A stretch of 64,000 nucleotides of DNA from an uncultured Spirochaetales bacterium. Its GTDB lineage: Bacteria; Spirochaetota; Spirochaetia; DSM-27196; CAZFLD01. Made by a program: the position numbers and the translations under genes. The stretch's first letter is position 1, and each line of letters starts with the position of its first letter. The notes below the pieces were generated by a model. The model saw nothing but the letters and a program-made list of their open reading frames with translations. It was not told the origin of the DNA and ran no database searches. Shown here one piece after another: positions 37,788 through 46,073 of the stretch. The stretch spans positions 73,730 to 137,729 of the forward strand of contig CAZFLD010000002.1 in the NCBI GenBank assembly GCA_964519835.1, in the 5' to 3' direction.

Positions 37788-37839
37788 TAATCAGTTTCCG
37801 GCAATCCCTTTTCGACGGCAACCACATATAGGAGATCAC

Positions 37840-39765
37840 ATGGACAAGCCAACTGTGGCGCGGATGTCACTACCGAGCGAGCTGCGCGACGTCATCCAAC
37901 AGGTAGAGATCATCGTTCCGGAGAGCAGGTCACAACTCCTCGACATAACCTTCGGCGGCGAGGCGGACCTGTTCGAGGTCGCGTACGAGGTTCCGGGTCG
38001 GGGACGGGTGGTCGAGGCGACGGTTGCCCGGTGCAAAAATGGGGCGGCGGTGAACTACGTCGAACCGTACATGCGTCGGCGCGATCCCGAGGCCATGCTT
38101 ATTGCTGATCAGCTCCCGACGGACAAAACTCGCTACCGGGACCGTTTTGGCCATGACTTCAGCTCGGTGCGAGACGAAACCTTTGCGTGGTTTGCGTCCC
38201 AGGACCAGCTTATTCTGCTGCCGTTTATGGCGGGAGATAAGCGCCACGGCTACCCGGCCGCCCTCGTGGCGCCGGCAAACGCGGGCTTTTTTGTTACCGG
38301 GCTGGCCGATCTTCAGGGCTTTATTCCGCGAGACGAGCTCCCTGCAAACTTCTCACCGGTCTCGCTCCTGTATCTCGCGCCGCCTTTTCGACACACCCAC
38401 TTCTCCGGTAAACAAGTCGTGGTGCACAACCGCTCGGAAACGATGCACGAGTTGTTTTGCTACAACCTCTATCCGGGTCCGAGCGCCAAAAAGGGCGTCT
38501 ACGGTGTCCTTCTCACCCGTGGAGAGAACGAGGGCTGGCTCACGCTCCACAGTTCCGCGGTGCGTTTGGTAACACCCTACGACAACGAGTTTGTCATCCT
38601 GCACGAGGGCGCGAGCGGAGGAGGCAAGAGCGAGATGACCCAGGAGATTCATCGTGAGCCGGACGGGCGGATTCTTGTTGGTGAGAACACGGTCACGGGG
38701 GAGCCCTACTATATCGAGCTGTCGGATACCTGCGAGCTCCACCCGGTGACGGACGACATGTCCTTGGCGCATCCCGACCTACGCAACTACAGCGGCAAGA
38801 TCGTAATTGAGGATGCCGAAGCCGGGTGGTTTCTCCGTGTCGATCACTTGGACGAGTACGGAAAAGAGCCGTCGTTAGAGAAGCTCACCATCGATCCGCC
38901 CGAGCCACTTATATTCCTCAACATCGACGGAAAGCCCGGCAGCACGGCGCTTGTGTGGGAGCACACAATGGACGAGCCCGACAAGCCCTGCCCGAACCCT
39001 CGGGTGATTATGCCCCGTCACTTTGTGCCCCGAATCGTCGACGGGTCCGTCGAGTTGGACGTGCGAAGCTTTGGCGTGCGTACGCCTCCCTGTACGCGCG
39101 AGAAACCCAACTACGGCATTATCGGCATGCTTCACATATTGAACCCCGCCCTGGCGTGGATCTGGCGTCTTGTGGCACCCCGTGGCCACTCGAACCCCAG
39201 CATCGTTACAACCGAGGGCCTTTCGAGCGAGGGTGTCGGTTCGTACTGGCCCTTTGCCACGGGCAAGATGGTTCGCCACGCGAATCTTCTACTCCGGCAG
39301 ATCATCGATCACCCCCGTACGCGCTATGTGCTTATTCCCAACCAGCACGTGGGAGCGTACCGAGTCGGTTTTAAGCCCGAGTGGATCGCCCGCGAGTACA
39401 TTGCGCGGCGGGGAAGCGTGCGATTTAAGCCGGGTAAACTGCATGCGGCACGGTGCCCGCTGCTGGGCTACACCCTACCCGGCCTTCGCGTCGAGGGACA
39501 GCAGATGCCCCGGGGCCTCTTGGCGGTCCACGACCAATTGGAAGTAGGCTACGACGGGTACGACGGCGGTGCCGAGATTCTCGGGCGGTTCTTCAAGACC
39601 GAACTGGAGAAGTTCCTGACGGCGGACCTGGACCCGCTTGGGAGAAGGATCATCGAGCTTTGCATGGACGATGCGGACGTGGAAGCCTACGAGGAAGCAA
39701 CGTATCGCGAAATCATGTCGGGGAACGAAAAAACCGACCACCTCAACTTCGAGGCGATACGCTAA
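37840..39765 (+). CDS. DUF4914-like protein with HprK/PEPCK-type P-loop (uncharacterised)
   Basis: 641 aa with the P-loop HEGASGGGKSE. The family assignment (DUF4914, about 650 aa) is from memory. Start ATG 37840 has a good SD; the track ORF starts at 37531. Confidence 0.75.
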   Translation: MDKPTVARMSLPSELRDVIQQVEIIVPESRSQLLDITFGGEADLFEVAYEVPGRGRVVEATVARCKNGAAVNYVEPYMRRRDPEAMLIADQLPTDKTRYRDRFGHDFSSVRDETFAWFASQDQLILLPFMAGDKRHGYPAALVAPANAGFFVTGLADLQGFIPRDELPANFSPVSLLYLAPPFRHTHFSGKQVVVHNRSETMHELFCYNLYPGPSAKKGVYGVLLTRGENEGWLTLHSSAVRLVTPYDNEFVILHEGASGGGKSEMTQEIHREPDGRILVGENTVTGEPYYIELSDTCELHPVTDDMSLAHPDLRNYSGKIVIEDAEAGWFLRVDHLDEYGKEPSLEKLTIDPPEPLIFLNIDGKPGSTALVWEHTMDEPDKPCPNPRVIMPRHFVPRIVDGSVELDVRSFGVRTPPCTREKPNYGIIGMLHILNPALAWIWRLVAPRGHSNPSIVTTEGLSSEGVGSYWPFATGKMVRHANLLLRQIIDHPRTRYVLIPNQHVGAYRVGFKPEWIAREYIARRGSVRFKPGKLHAARCPLLGYTLPGLRVEGQQMPRGLLAVHDQLEVGYDGYDGGAEILGRFFKTELEKFLTADLDPLGRRIIELCMDDADVEAYEEATYREIMSGNEKTDHLNFEAIR

Positions 39766-41005
39766 GACCGCGCTCGGCAGCAAACAGAGGCTTTCCGGCC
39801 AAATAACGCATAGCAAGAAACCACTTGTACATGGACAGGCGGTGGTCGGTAAACGAAAAACGATACAAGAGCCCGCCCGAATAGAACTCCATTCGCTCGT
39901 TCTGCTGAACGTTGAGACCGTCGAGATCGGACAGGAAAAACGATATCTCGCGGGCTTTGACAATCGGTTCGACCACAAGTCGGTCGGCAAAGAGATGGAG
40001 CCGACCGTAGTGGAACCGCTCGAGAGGCCGGCTCTTGAAGCCGGTCTCTACAAGTGCATGACCTTCGGCCATAAACGGCTTCGTGCGCGGTCCCGCCTGA
40101 TAGGAGTCCAGAGCCCGGGCCAGCGCCTCGACTTGCCGCACGTTCCACTCTTTTACGGTGGCAAAGCCCGGCGTCGCCGGTCGAAACCGCCCGCGGTAGC
40201 CATACTCCACCTGCATCCCACATGCGGTGCAGGAGAGGCTGTTGCGGTGCGACACCAGTGCGTCAAAGCGCTTGCACTCCGGGCAGTAAAACAGCGCGCG
40301 TTCGATCCGCTCGGCCCTCCTGCGGCCGACGTACGGACGATTGACCTTCGCCTGATATTCGTACTCGTCGTGAGACAGCTTCTCGGAAATCACACGATGG
40401 ATTTCCTCGATTGGTATGGAGCGTAGATCAGGCCCGTCAAAGACCTTGTGAAATTCGATGTGGATTTCACCTCGCCTCCAGCCCCGCCCCCATCGCGGAG
40501 CGGCAAAAAACGCTCCCTTTACCACTGCAATCACAACCGGAATTTTGAGGAGCCGCGCAAGCTTGGCGGTGGAGTAATAGACCGGCAGCGGCGTGCCGTC
40601 CCAGCTGTTTTGCCCCTCCGGAAAAATCCCAATGACGCCTCCTTGGTCCTTCACTCGCATGATCGATCGCACCGCATCAAAATCGGACATCACTTTGGTC
40701 TTGGGGATGGCGCCGATAAGCGAAAGCGCAAAGCTCACGATACGGGATCTAAACTGGGCGTCAGCCACCACAAATTGGATTGGGTGCGGAACACGGTAGC
40801 TGATAAAAAAGGGATCTAGGTGGCTGCGGTGACAGGCAAGTATCAGATACGGGGGCTTGAGACGGCGGAGAAAGTCGGTGTTCTCCCCCACGAGGTCAAA
40901 GCGACTCGTGAATACGGGCGCAATAACGGTTCGAAGCACCCGATGAACGCTTCGAAAGACACGTGGGGTTTTTTGGATGTGGCGTTTACGTGAGGGAGTG
41001 TTCAT
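39743..41005 (-). CDS. PlsC/LPLAT-family acyltransferase with C-terminal zinc-ribbon-containing domain
   Basis: HX4D motif CHRSHLDP and FPEG motif GIFPEGQNSWDG, then CPECK...CTACG and a domain of about 170 aa. ATG 41005 preferred. The 3' end overlaps the convergent gene by 23 nt. Confidence 0.8.
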   Translation of the reverse strand: MNTPSRKRHIQKTPRVFRSVHRVLRTVIAPVFTSRFDLVGENTDFLRRLKPPYLILACHRSHLDPFFISYRVPHPIQFVVADAQFRSRIVSFALSLIGAIPKTKVMSDFDAVRSIMRVKDQGGVIGIFPEGQNSWDGTPLPVYYSTAKLARLLKIPVVIAVVKGAFFAAPRWGRGWRRGEIHIEFHKVFDGPDLRSIPIEEIHRVISEKLSHDEYEYQAKVNRPYVGRRRAERIERALFYCPECKRFDALVSHRNSLSCTACGMQVEYGYRGRFRPATPGFATVKEWNVRQVEALARALDSYQAGPRTKPFMAEGHALVETGFKSRPLERFHYGRLHLFADRLVVEPIVKAREISFFLSDLDGLNVQQNERMEFYSGGLLYRFSFTDHRLSMYKWFLAMRYLAGKPLFAAERGLSVSPRS

Positions 41006-41079
41006 GATTTGTTCCGTTCGACCCGGAGAAAGTACCACGACTTTTCCTAAAAAGGCGATGTGTCGGCTATACTGCCGCC

Positions 41080-43179
41080 ATGGATAGCACATACTCGCGG
41101 ATGAGGTTTATCGGCATCCTATATCAGGCGGCGGTTGTCGTTGTTTTTGTCGTGTTGTTTGCGGGGCCCGCCGCGGCCACAGAGGTCGGCTTGGGAGAGC
41201 TGCCCCTGGTCTTTCTCGTGGCGGGACATTTTGTGTACGGGGCCAGGCTGGTGCTCCCCGGAGGTCCGCTAAAGCGCCGGAAGCTCCGTCGGGCACTACG
41301 CATTCCGGAGTTGCTCCTTGTCGCAACCCTCGCCTTGTTTATCTTCTCCTACCTCTTTGCCCTAAACGCCAACCTGGAATACGTGCAGCGATTTGTGTTG
41401 TCGGGCGGCGACCTCAACTTCGCCGTCGACTCGGAGACCGAACGCAACATTGCGCTTCTCCGCTACCTGCCGCTTATTCTCGTAAACGGCATTGCCTACT
41501 TTGCTATCCGCCTGATGCACGGGCGGGTGGCCGGTCTCGAGTCTCGGCACGACCGGATCGTGGGCCCTTGGCGCCTCCTCTTGACCTTTCTGTCGGTTAT
41601 CCTTTCTACCCTCACATTGCCGTCGTTTGCCGATATCACCGGCATCGGCATCCTTTCTTGGGTTGCCCTTGTGCCGCTCTTTGTGGTGCTGCGGCGAAGT
41701 CGCTTTTCAACCGGTGTGTTCTATCTTGTGACCTACGGTGTGCTTCACAACACCCTTGTTAATTACTGGCTCGGCACTTTTAGCCTTGTGTCCCTGCAGG
41801 TCACGATGATCGTTTTGTTTCTCTACTATTTGATCTTCTCTCCCTTCGCTCTTGGCTTCCTAAAGACGATTCGTGTAGGGAAGTTCCTTGTCCTGCCCTT
41901 GTCCTGGACGTTTTTCGAGTTTGCCCGTTCCGTGGGATTTCTCGGCTATCCGTGGGGGCTTGTCGGTCACGGTCAGTACGCAAACCTTCCGCTTATCCAG
42001 GTTGCATCCATAACCGGCGTGTGGGGCGTGTCGTTTATAGTGCTGCTGGTGAACTCGGTGCTCGCAGAGCTCGCGATAGCCGGCCTTGACCGGCTGTTTC
42101 CCGGGCGAGAGCGGCCGCTACGGCTGGGGAGGCGACAAACACCGGTGGCGTGGGCCGCCGGAGCTACGGCCGCAGCGTTAGCGCTTGTTATGCTGCTTGG
42201 CGGCCTGGCACTAACTGCCGACTCCCAAGCGCAAGCTTCAAACAGGTCGGCGCGGATAGCTCTGATCCAACAGAATTCCGATCCACGGAAAACCGAGTAT
42301 TCGCAGACCTTCCAGTCGCTGACAACTCTCACCAACGCGGCGCTCGAAACGAATCCAGACCTTGTTGCCTGGTCGGAGACGGCCTTTGTCCCCAACATCC
42401 GTCGCTGGAGCCGGGAGGACCCACGGCGTTACTCCCTAGCGCGTCTTGTCGGGCGATTGATAGTCTACTTGGAAGGCATCGATACCTGGCTGCTGACCGG
42501 AAACGACGATTACGACCGTGTCTTGGACGAAGACGACAATGAGGTGGCGAGACTAAACCACAACGCGGCAGTGCTCTTCAACGACAAAGCGGAGCGCGTG
42601 GACACGTATCACAAAATCAGGCTCGTGCCGTTTACCGAGACCTTTCCCTACCGCGACACGTTTCCCGGGCTCTATCAGATGCTCTTGGACTTCGATGTGA
42701 ATTTCTGGGAGGCCGGAGACGAGCGCACGATCTTTGCGCATCCGAAATTTCGCTTTGTTACGCCAATCTGCTTCGAGGACGTGTTTCCGGACGACATTCG
42801 CCGGTTTGTGCGCAGAGGGACCGACGTGATTCTCAACATCTCCAATGACTACTGGTCCCTGGACCCGGTGGAGGGCAAACAGCACTTTGTCGCCGGCATG
42901 TTTCGCGCCGTGGAAAACCGGCGGCCATTGGTCCGGTCTACCGCATCGGGGCTCACGGCCCACGTTGATGAGTACGGTCGTATCCTCGCGACCCTCCCAT
43001 ATTACGAGGAGGGATACCTCATCGCCGATGTCGAGTTAAAAAACAGACCGACCACCTTCTACACCCAGCATGGCGATTGGTTCCCATGGGTCGGCCTTAT
43101 CGTTCTTGGTGCCCTGCTTTTGTTCCGCGGTCTCAACCTGCTATTTTCACCTGCGCCGGCACGGGAATCTCGATCGTAA
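41080..43179 (+). CDS. lnt: Apolipoprotein N-acyltransferase (N-terminally extended)
   Basis: Polytopic N-terminus plus a CN-hydrolase domain with Glu-Lys-Cys contexts LVAWSETAF, YHKIRLVPFTE, PICFEDVFPD. Confidence 0.8.
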   Translation: MDSTYSRMRFIGILYQAAVVVVFVVLFAGPAAATEVGLGELPLVFLVAGHFVYGARLVLPGGPLKRRKLRRALRIPELLLVATLALFIFSYLFALNANLEYVQRFVLSGGDLNFAVDSETERNIALLRYLPLILVNGIAYFAIRLMHGRVAGLESRHDRIVGPWRLLLTFLSVILSTLTLPSFADITGIGILSWVALVPLFVVLRRSRFSTGVFYLVTYGVLHNTLVNYWLGTFSLVSLQVTMIVLFLYYLIFSPFALGFLKTIRVGKFLVLPLSWTFFEFARSVGFLGYPWGLVGHGQYANLPLIQVASITGVWGVSFIVLLVNSVLAELAIAGLDRLFPGRERPLRLGRRQTPVAWAAGATAAALALVMLLGGLALTADSQAQASNRSARIALIQQNSDPRKTEYSQTFQSLTTLTNAALETNPDLVAWSETAFVPNIRRWSREDPRRYSLARLVGRLIVYLEGIDTWLLTGNDDYDRVLDEDDNEVARLNHNAAVLFNDKAERVDTYHKIRLVPFTETFPYRDTFPGLYQMLLDFDVNFWEAGDERTIFAHPKFRFVTPICFEDVFPDDIRRFVRRGTDVILNISNDYWSLDPVEGKQHFVAGMFRAVENRRPLVRSTASGLTAHVDEYGRILATLPYYEEGYLIADVELKNRPTTFYTQHGDWFPWVGLIVLGALLLFRGLNLLFSPAPARESRS

Positions 43180-43583
43180 CGGATGTTCCGCCTCCCATCG
43201 TCTCGTCTTCGCCGACGTTGCCGCCGCGAATTCCGTAGGGACGCCGCTATTTCGGCGGGAGATAGGCGCACCCACGGTCCGTCGGCGTTGTATCGGAGCA
43301 AGATCTCGTCGATGCGGGTCGCGGCAACAGCAAACACCTCCTCGAGAAACTCAACTTCGACGGCCACACGACGTTGGGCGTCGACATTGTCCTCGACAAG
43401 CGGTGGTATCCGATGGTCGATAGTAGTGCGATGGTCGGCGAAAAGGTCGGGCCGCTCCACAATTTCCTCGAGTTCATCGAGCTCGCCCCGAAGCACGTGC
43501 AATACATTCACAAAGCTGTGAAACGCAACCCGTCGTTTGTCTCCGCCGCGTATCTCGGGTATCTGAGTTATCTCGACTTTCAC
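43059..43583 (-). CDS. Hypothetical protein (about 120-aa structured part plus Arg-rich tail)
   Basis: GTG start with AGGAGG 7 nt upstream. The N-terminal 115 aa have coding-like composition. The last 40 codons overlap the lnt 3' end; the true C-terminus is uncertain. Confidence 0.45.
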   Translation of the reverse strand: MKVEITQIPEIRGGDKRRVAFHSFVNVLHVLRGELDELEEIVERPDLFADHRTTIDHRIPPLVEDNVDAQRRVAVEVEFLEEVFAVAATRIDEILLRYNADGPWVRLSPAEIAASLRNSRRQRRRRRDDGRRNIRYDRDSRAGAGENSRLRPRNKSRAPRTIRPTHGNQSPCWV

Positions 43584-43649
43584 CCAACAACCTCCTGCAT
43601 CCCGCTGCCTCCTTGATCATAGCCGACTGGAAGGATATGGTCTGCCGAC

Positions 43650-45050
43650 ATGAGTGACCGGTTTCGCATCGGGATCGTCAGCGGCAAGCTCGGGGACGTG
43701 GACGGCGTCTCGCTCGAGGCGGCAAAATGGATCGAGATCATCGGTGGACGCCTGGGACACACACTTCTCACCATCGCCGGTAGCTACAAGGGCCCGGTTC
43801 ACGGCGTCGACGCGGAAGCCCAGCTTACCCTGCCGGAGATTCGCTTCGACTCCGACCGGCAGCGCCACTTTGAGCACCACGTCTTTCCCCACATGCACGC
43901 CGTCGCCCCCCACGTCACGTCGGGAGGCATCCGGTCGGTCCTCGAAGAAATCCAGCAATTAGGGGCGTCCGTCGCAACGGAAATCGATCGTTTTGTGCAG
44001 GACTACGACATCGACGTGCTTGTAGGGCAAAACACCAATGCAATGCCGATGACCATCCTTGGTGGTGTTGCCATGCATCGCGTAGCCACGCTCAGCCGAG
44101 TCGCAACGATATTCCACCACCACGATTTTTGGTGGGAACGGAGCCGATTCAGCAACAACCACATCGAGGCGCTGTTGAACAGGATTATGCCGCCCGTCGA
44201 TATCGGCCTCGAGCATGTGGTGATTTCCTCCTACGCCGCCCATATCCTCTCATCACTAAAGCGCGTCCGGCCCTTTGTTATTCCCAACTGCGAGGACTTC
44301 GACCATGCGGTAGGGATAGATGAGTACAACGGCGATTTTCGTGCCGAAATGGGATTCCGCGACGACGACGTACTTTTTGTGCAACCAACGCGAATCGTTC
44401 CCCGAAAGCGTATCGAGGATTCGGTCGAGTTGGTCGGTCGGTTCCAACGCCGGTTCCCGGAGTACAGAGGCCGCGTGCATTACATCATTTCGCTGTATCA
44501 GGGCGACGAGCCTGATCACGACTACATCGGCCGGATTCAACAACGCGCCGAAGAGCACGATGTCCCGATACACCTCATCTCTGATCGCGTGACCGCCACG
44601 CGGGGGACCAATGCGGACGGCAAAAAGACCTACACAAACCGCGACGTCCTCGCTCATGCCGACTTTGTGACATACCTACCGGTGTGGGAGGGGTTTGGCA
44701 ACGCGCTCTTAGAGGCCACGGCTGCTCGGGTGCCGATCGTGGTCACGACATACCTGGTCTATAAAACCGACATCATGCCGACGGGTTTCCAGAATATCGA
44801 GATTCGCGACCGCTACGACACCGGCGGGAGACTGGTCATCTCCGATGACGTACTCGATGCAATCGCCCACGTTCTCACGCACCCGGAGCAGCGGCGTGAT
44901 ATGGTCGATCACAACTTCGCCCTCGCTTCCCGAGACTTTGGCTTTTTGCTATTGACGGAACGGCTTGAGGCGCTTTTCGAGGAGTATGGTGATGAGATCC
45001 GGGCGTCGCGAAAACGTCGTATCAAACGCAGCGCCCACTACTCAGTGTAG
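43650..45050 (+). CDS. GT-B fold glycosyltransferase (GT4-like)
   Basis: EX7E motif (WEGFGNALLEA) and RIVPRKRIE in the C-terminal Rossmann half. 466 aa. Substrate unknown. Confidence 0.75.
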   Translation: MSDRFRIGIVSGKLGDVDGVSLEAAKWIEIIGGRLGHTLLTIAGSYKGPVHGVDAEAQLTLPEIRFDSDRQRHFEHHVFPHMHAVAPHVTSGGIRSVLEEIQQLGASVATEIDRFVQDYDIDVLVGQNTNAMPMTILGGVAMHRVATLSRVATIFHHHDFWWERSRFSNNHIEALLNRIMPPVDIGLEHVVISSYAAHILSSLKRVRPFVIPNCEDFDHAVGIDEYNGDFRAEMGFRDDDVLFVQPTRIVPRKRIEDSVELVGRFQRRFPEYRGRVHYIISLYQGDEPDHDYIGRIQQRAEEHDVPIHLISDRVTATRGTNADGKKTYTNRDVLAHADFVTYLPVWEGFGNALLEATAARVPIVVTTYLVYKTDIMPTGFQNIEIRDRYDTGGRLVISDDVLDAIAHVLTHPEQRRDMVDHNFALASRDFGFLLLTERLEALFEEYGDEIRASRKRRIKRSAHYSV

Positions 45051-45074
45051 CGATTTACCACGCGGTGCAGGCGT

Positions 45075-46073
45075 CTACCGGCCCCGGCCCGGCCGGTTCC
45101 GATCGGTGGCGTCCCAAGCCGTGCCGCCCCAATCGAGGCCGAGGTCGGGCTCGAGAAAGTCTACTCGTGGGCGACTCAGATCCGCGCGGCGTTGGATAAT
45201 CCAAACCACAAGACCGGCAAGAGCCACGGCCACGCTTAATAGCTGGTCCAAGGTTATGACCCCGGCCGATGCAGGAAGCCAGTGGGGCGCCGCAGCAGCA
45301 TAATCGCCCTCGACCAAGAGGATTGTGCCGCGCATCGGCACGGCAAAAAAACCCGCGAGCGCCCGAACAAAACCCAAGCCGGCCAGGACCCACGCAAATG
45401 CGCGGCCGCCCGCCTTCCCGGGACCGATTCCTTTCCCGGCCCGACGGGCAACAACAGCGAGTAGCGCCACAATCAGTACCGTCTTGTATATCTGGTATGG
45501 GTGACGGGGCAAATTGAGGAGCGTCCCCGAATCCGCCGGAAGGAGCCCGAGACCGGCGGCAATGCGCTGTGCCGGCGGAAACGTCGCGGGAACCCCGGGT
45601 GCGCCTTCCAATACCGGCGCCCAGGGCACACTGGTGATCCTTCCCAGGGAATCGCCGGTAGCAAAGGAACCAATGGAGGCAACGCCGTAGGCGCAAACTA
45701 GTCCAATGGCTACCGCGTTTATCCAGCGACGTGCTTTGTCGGAGTAAACACGGAGATACAGGTAGCTCGCGAATAGGCCGGCAACAAGGCCCGTGTGGAA
45801 GCTCATGCCCCGTAGGCCAACAAAGTTCATCTGCTCGTCGAACGGCCAAACAAGCAGCCAGGGCCGTCGTACATACTCGGGCTCGAAGAGCAACACGCCG
45901 ATCCGGGCCGCGGCCACGCCCACGGCGACCGCCACAAAGGCCAGCCCGGGCAGAATGGCCCGGTCGTGGACAAGACGATCATCCCTTCGAACGATACCTC
46001 GTACGACAACAAAGGCCAGGACAAACGAGGCGCCGATAAACACGCCGTACAGGCGACTTGGCAAGAGCGTCAT
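45075..46073 (-). CDS. Prolipoprotein diacylglyceryl transferase (Lgt)-like membrane protein with non-canonical signature
   Basis: Lgt-like blocks GMSFHTGLVAG and LPRHPYQIYK, but the signature reads ASIGSFATGDSLGR. ATG 46073 overlaps the upstream stop (ATGA); the track start 46136 would overlap by 67 nt. Confidence 0.7.
   Translation of the reverse strand: MTLLPSRLYGVFIGASFVLAFVVVRGIVRRDDRLVHDRAILPGLAFVAVAVGVAAARIGVLLFEPEYVRRPWLLVWPFDEQMNFVGLRGMSFHTGLVAGLFASYLYLRVYSDKARRWINAVAIGLVCAYGVASIGSFATGDSLGRITSVPWAPVLEGAPGVPATFPPAQRIAAGLGLLPADSGTLLNLPRHPYQIYKTVLIVALLAVVARRAGKGIGPGKAGGRAFAWVLAGLGFVRALAGFFAVPMRGTILLVEGDYAAAAPHWLPASAGVITLDQLLSVAVALAGLVVWIIQRRADLSRPRVDFLEPDLGLDWGGTAWDATDRNRPGRGR

Noticed and set aside
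43183-43521. Plus-strand ORFs 43070..43423 and 43183..43521 in the lnt-GT intergenic region.
   Set aside because: Their translations are Ser/Arg-rich low-complexity sequence. The minus-strand ORF in the same region has a strong SD and a protein-like N-terminal sequence.
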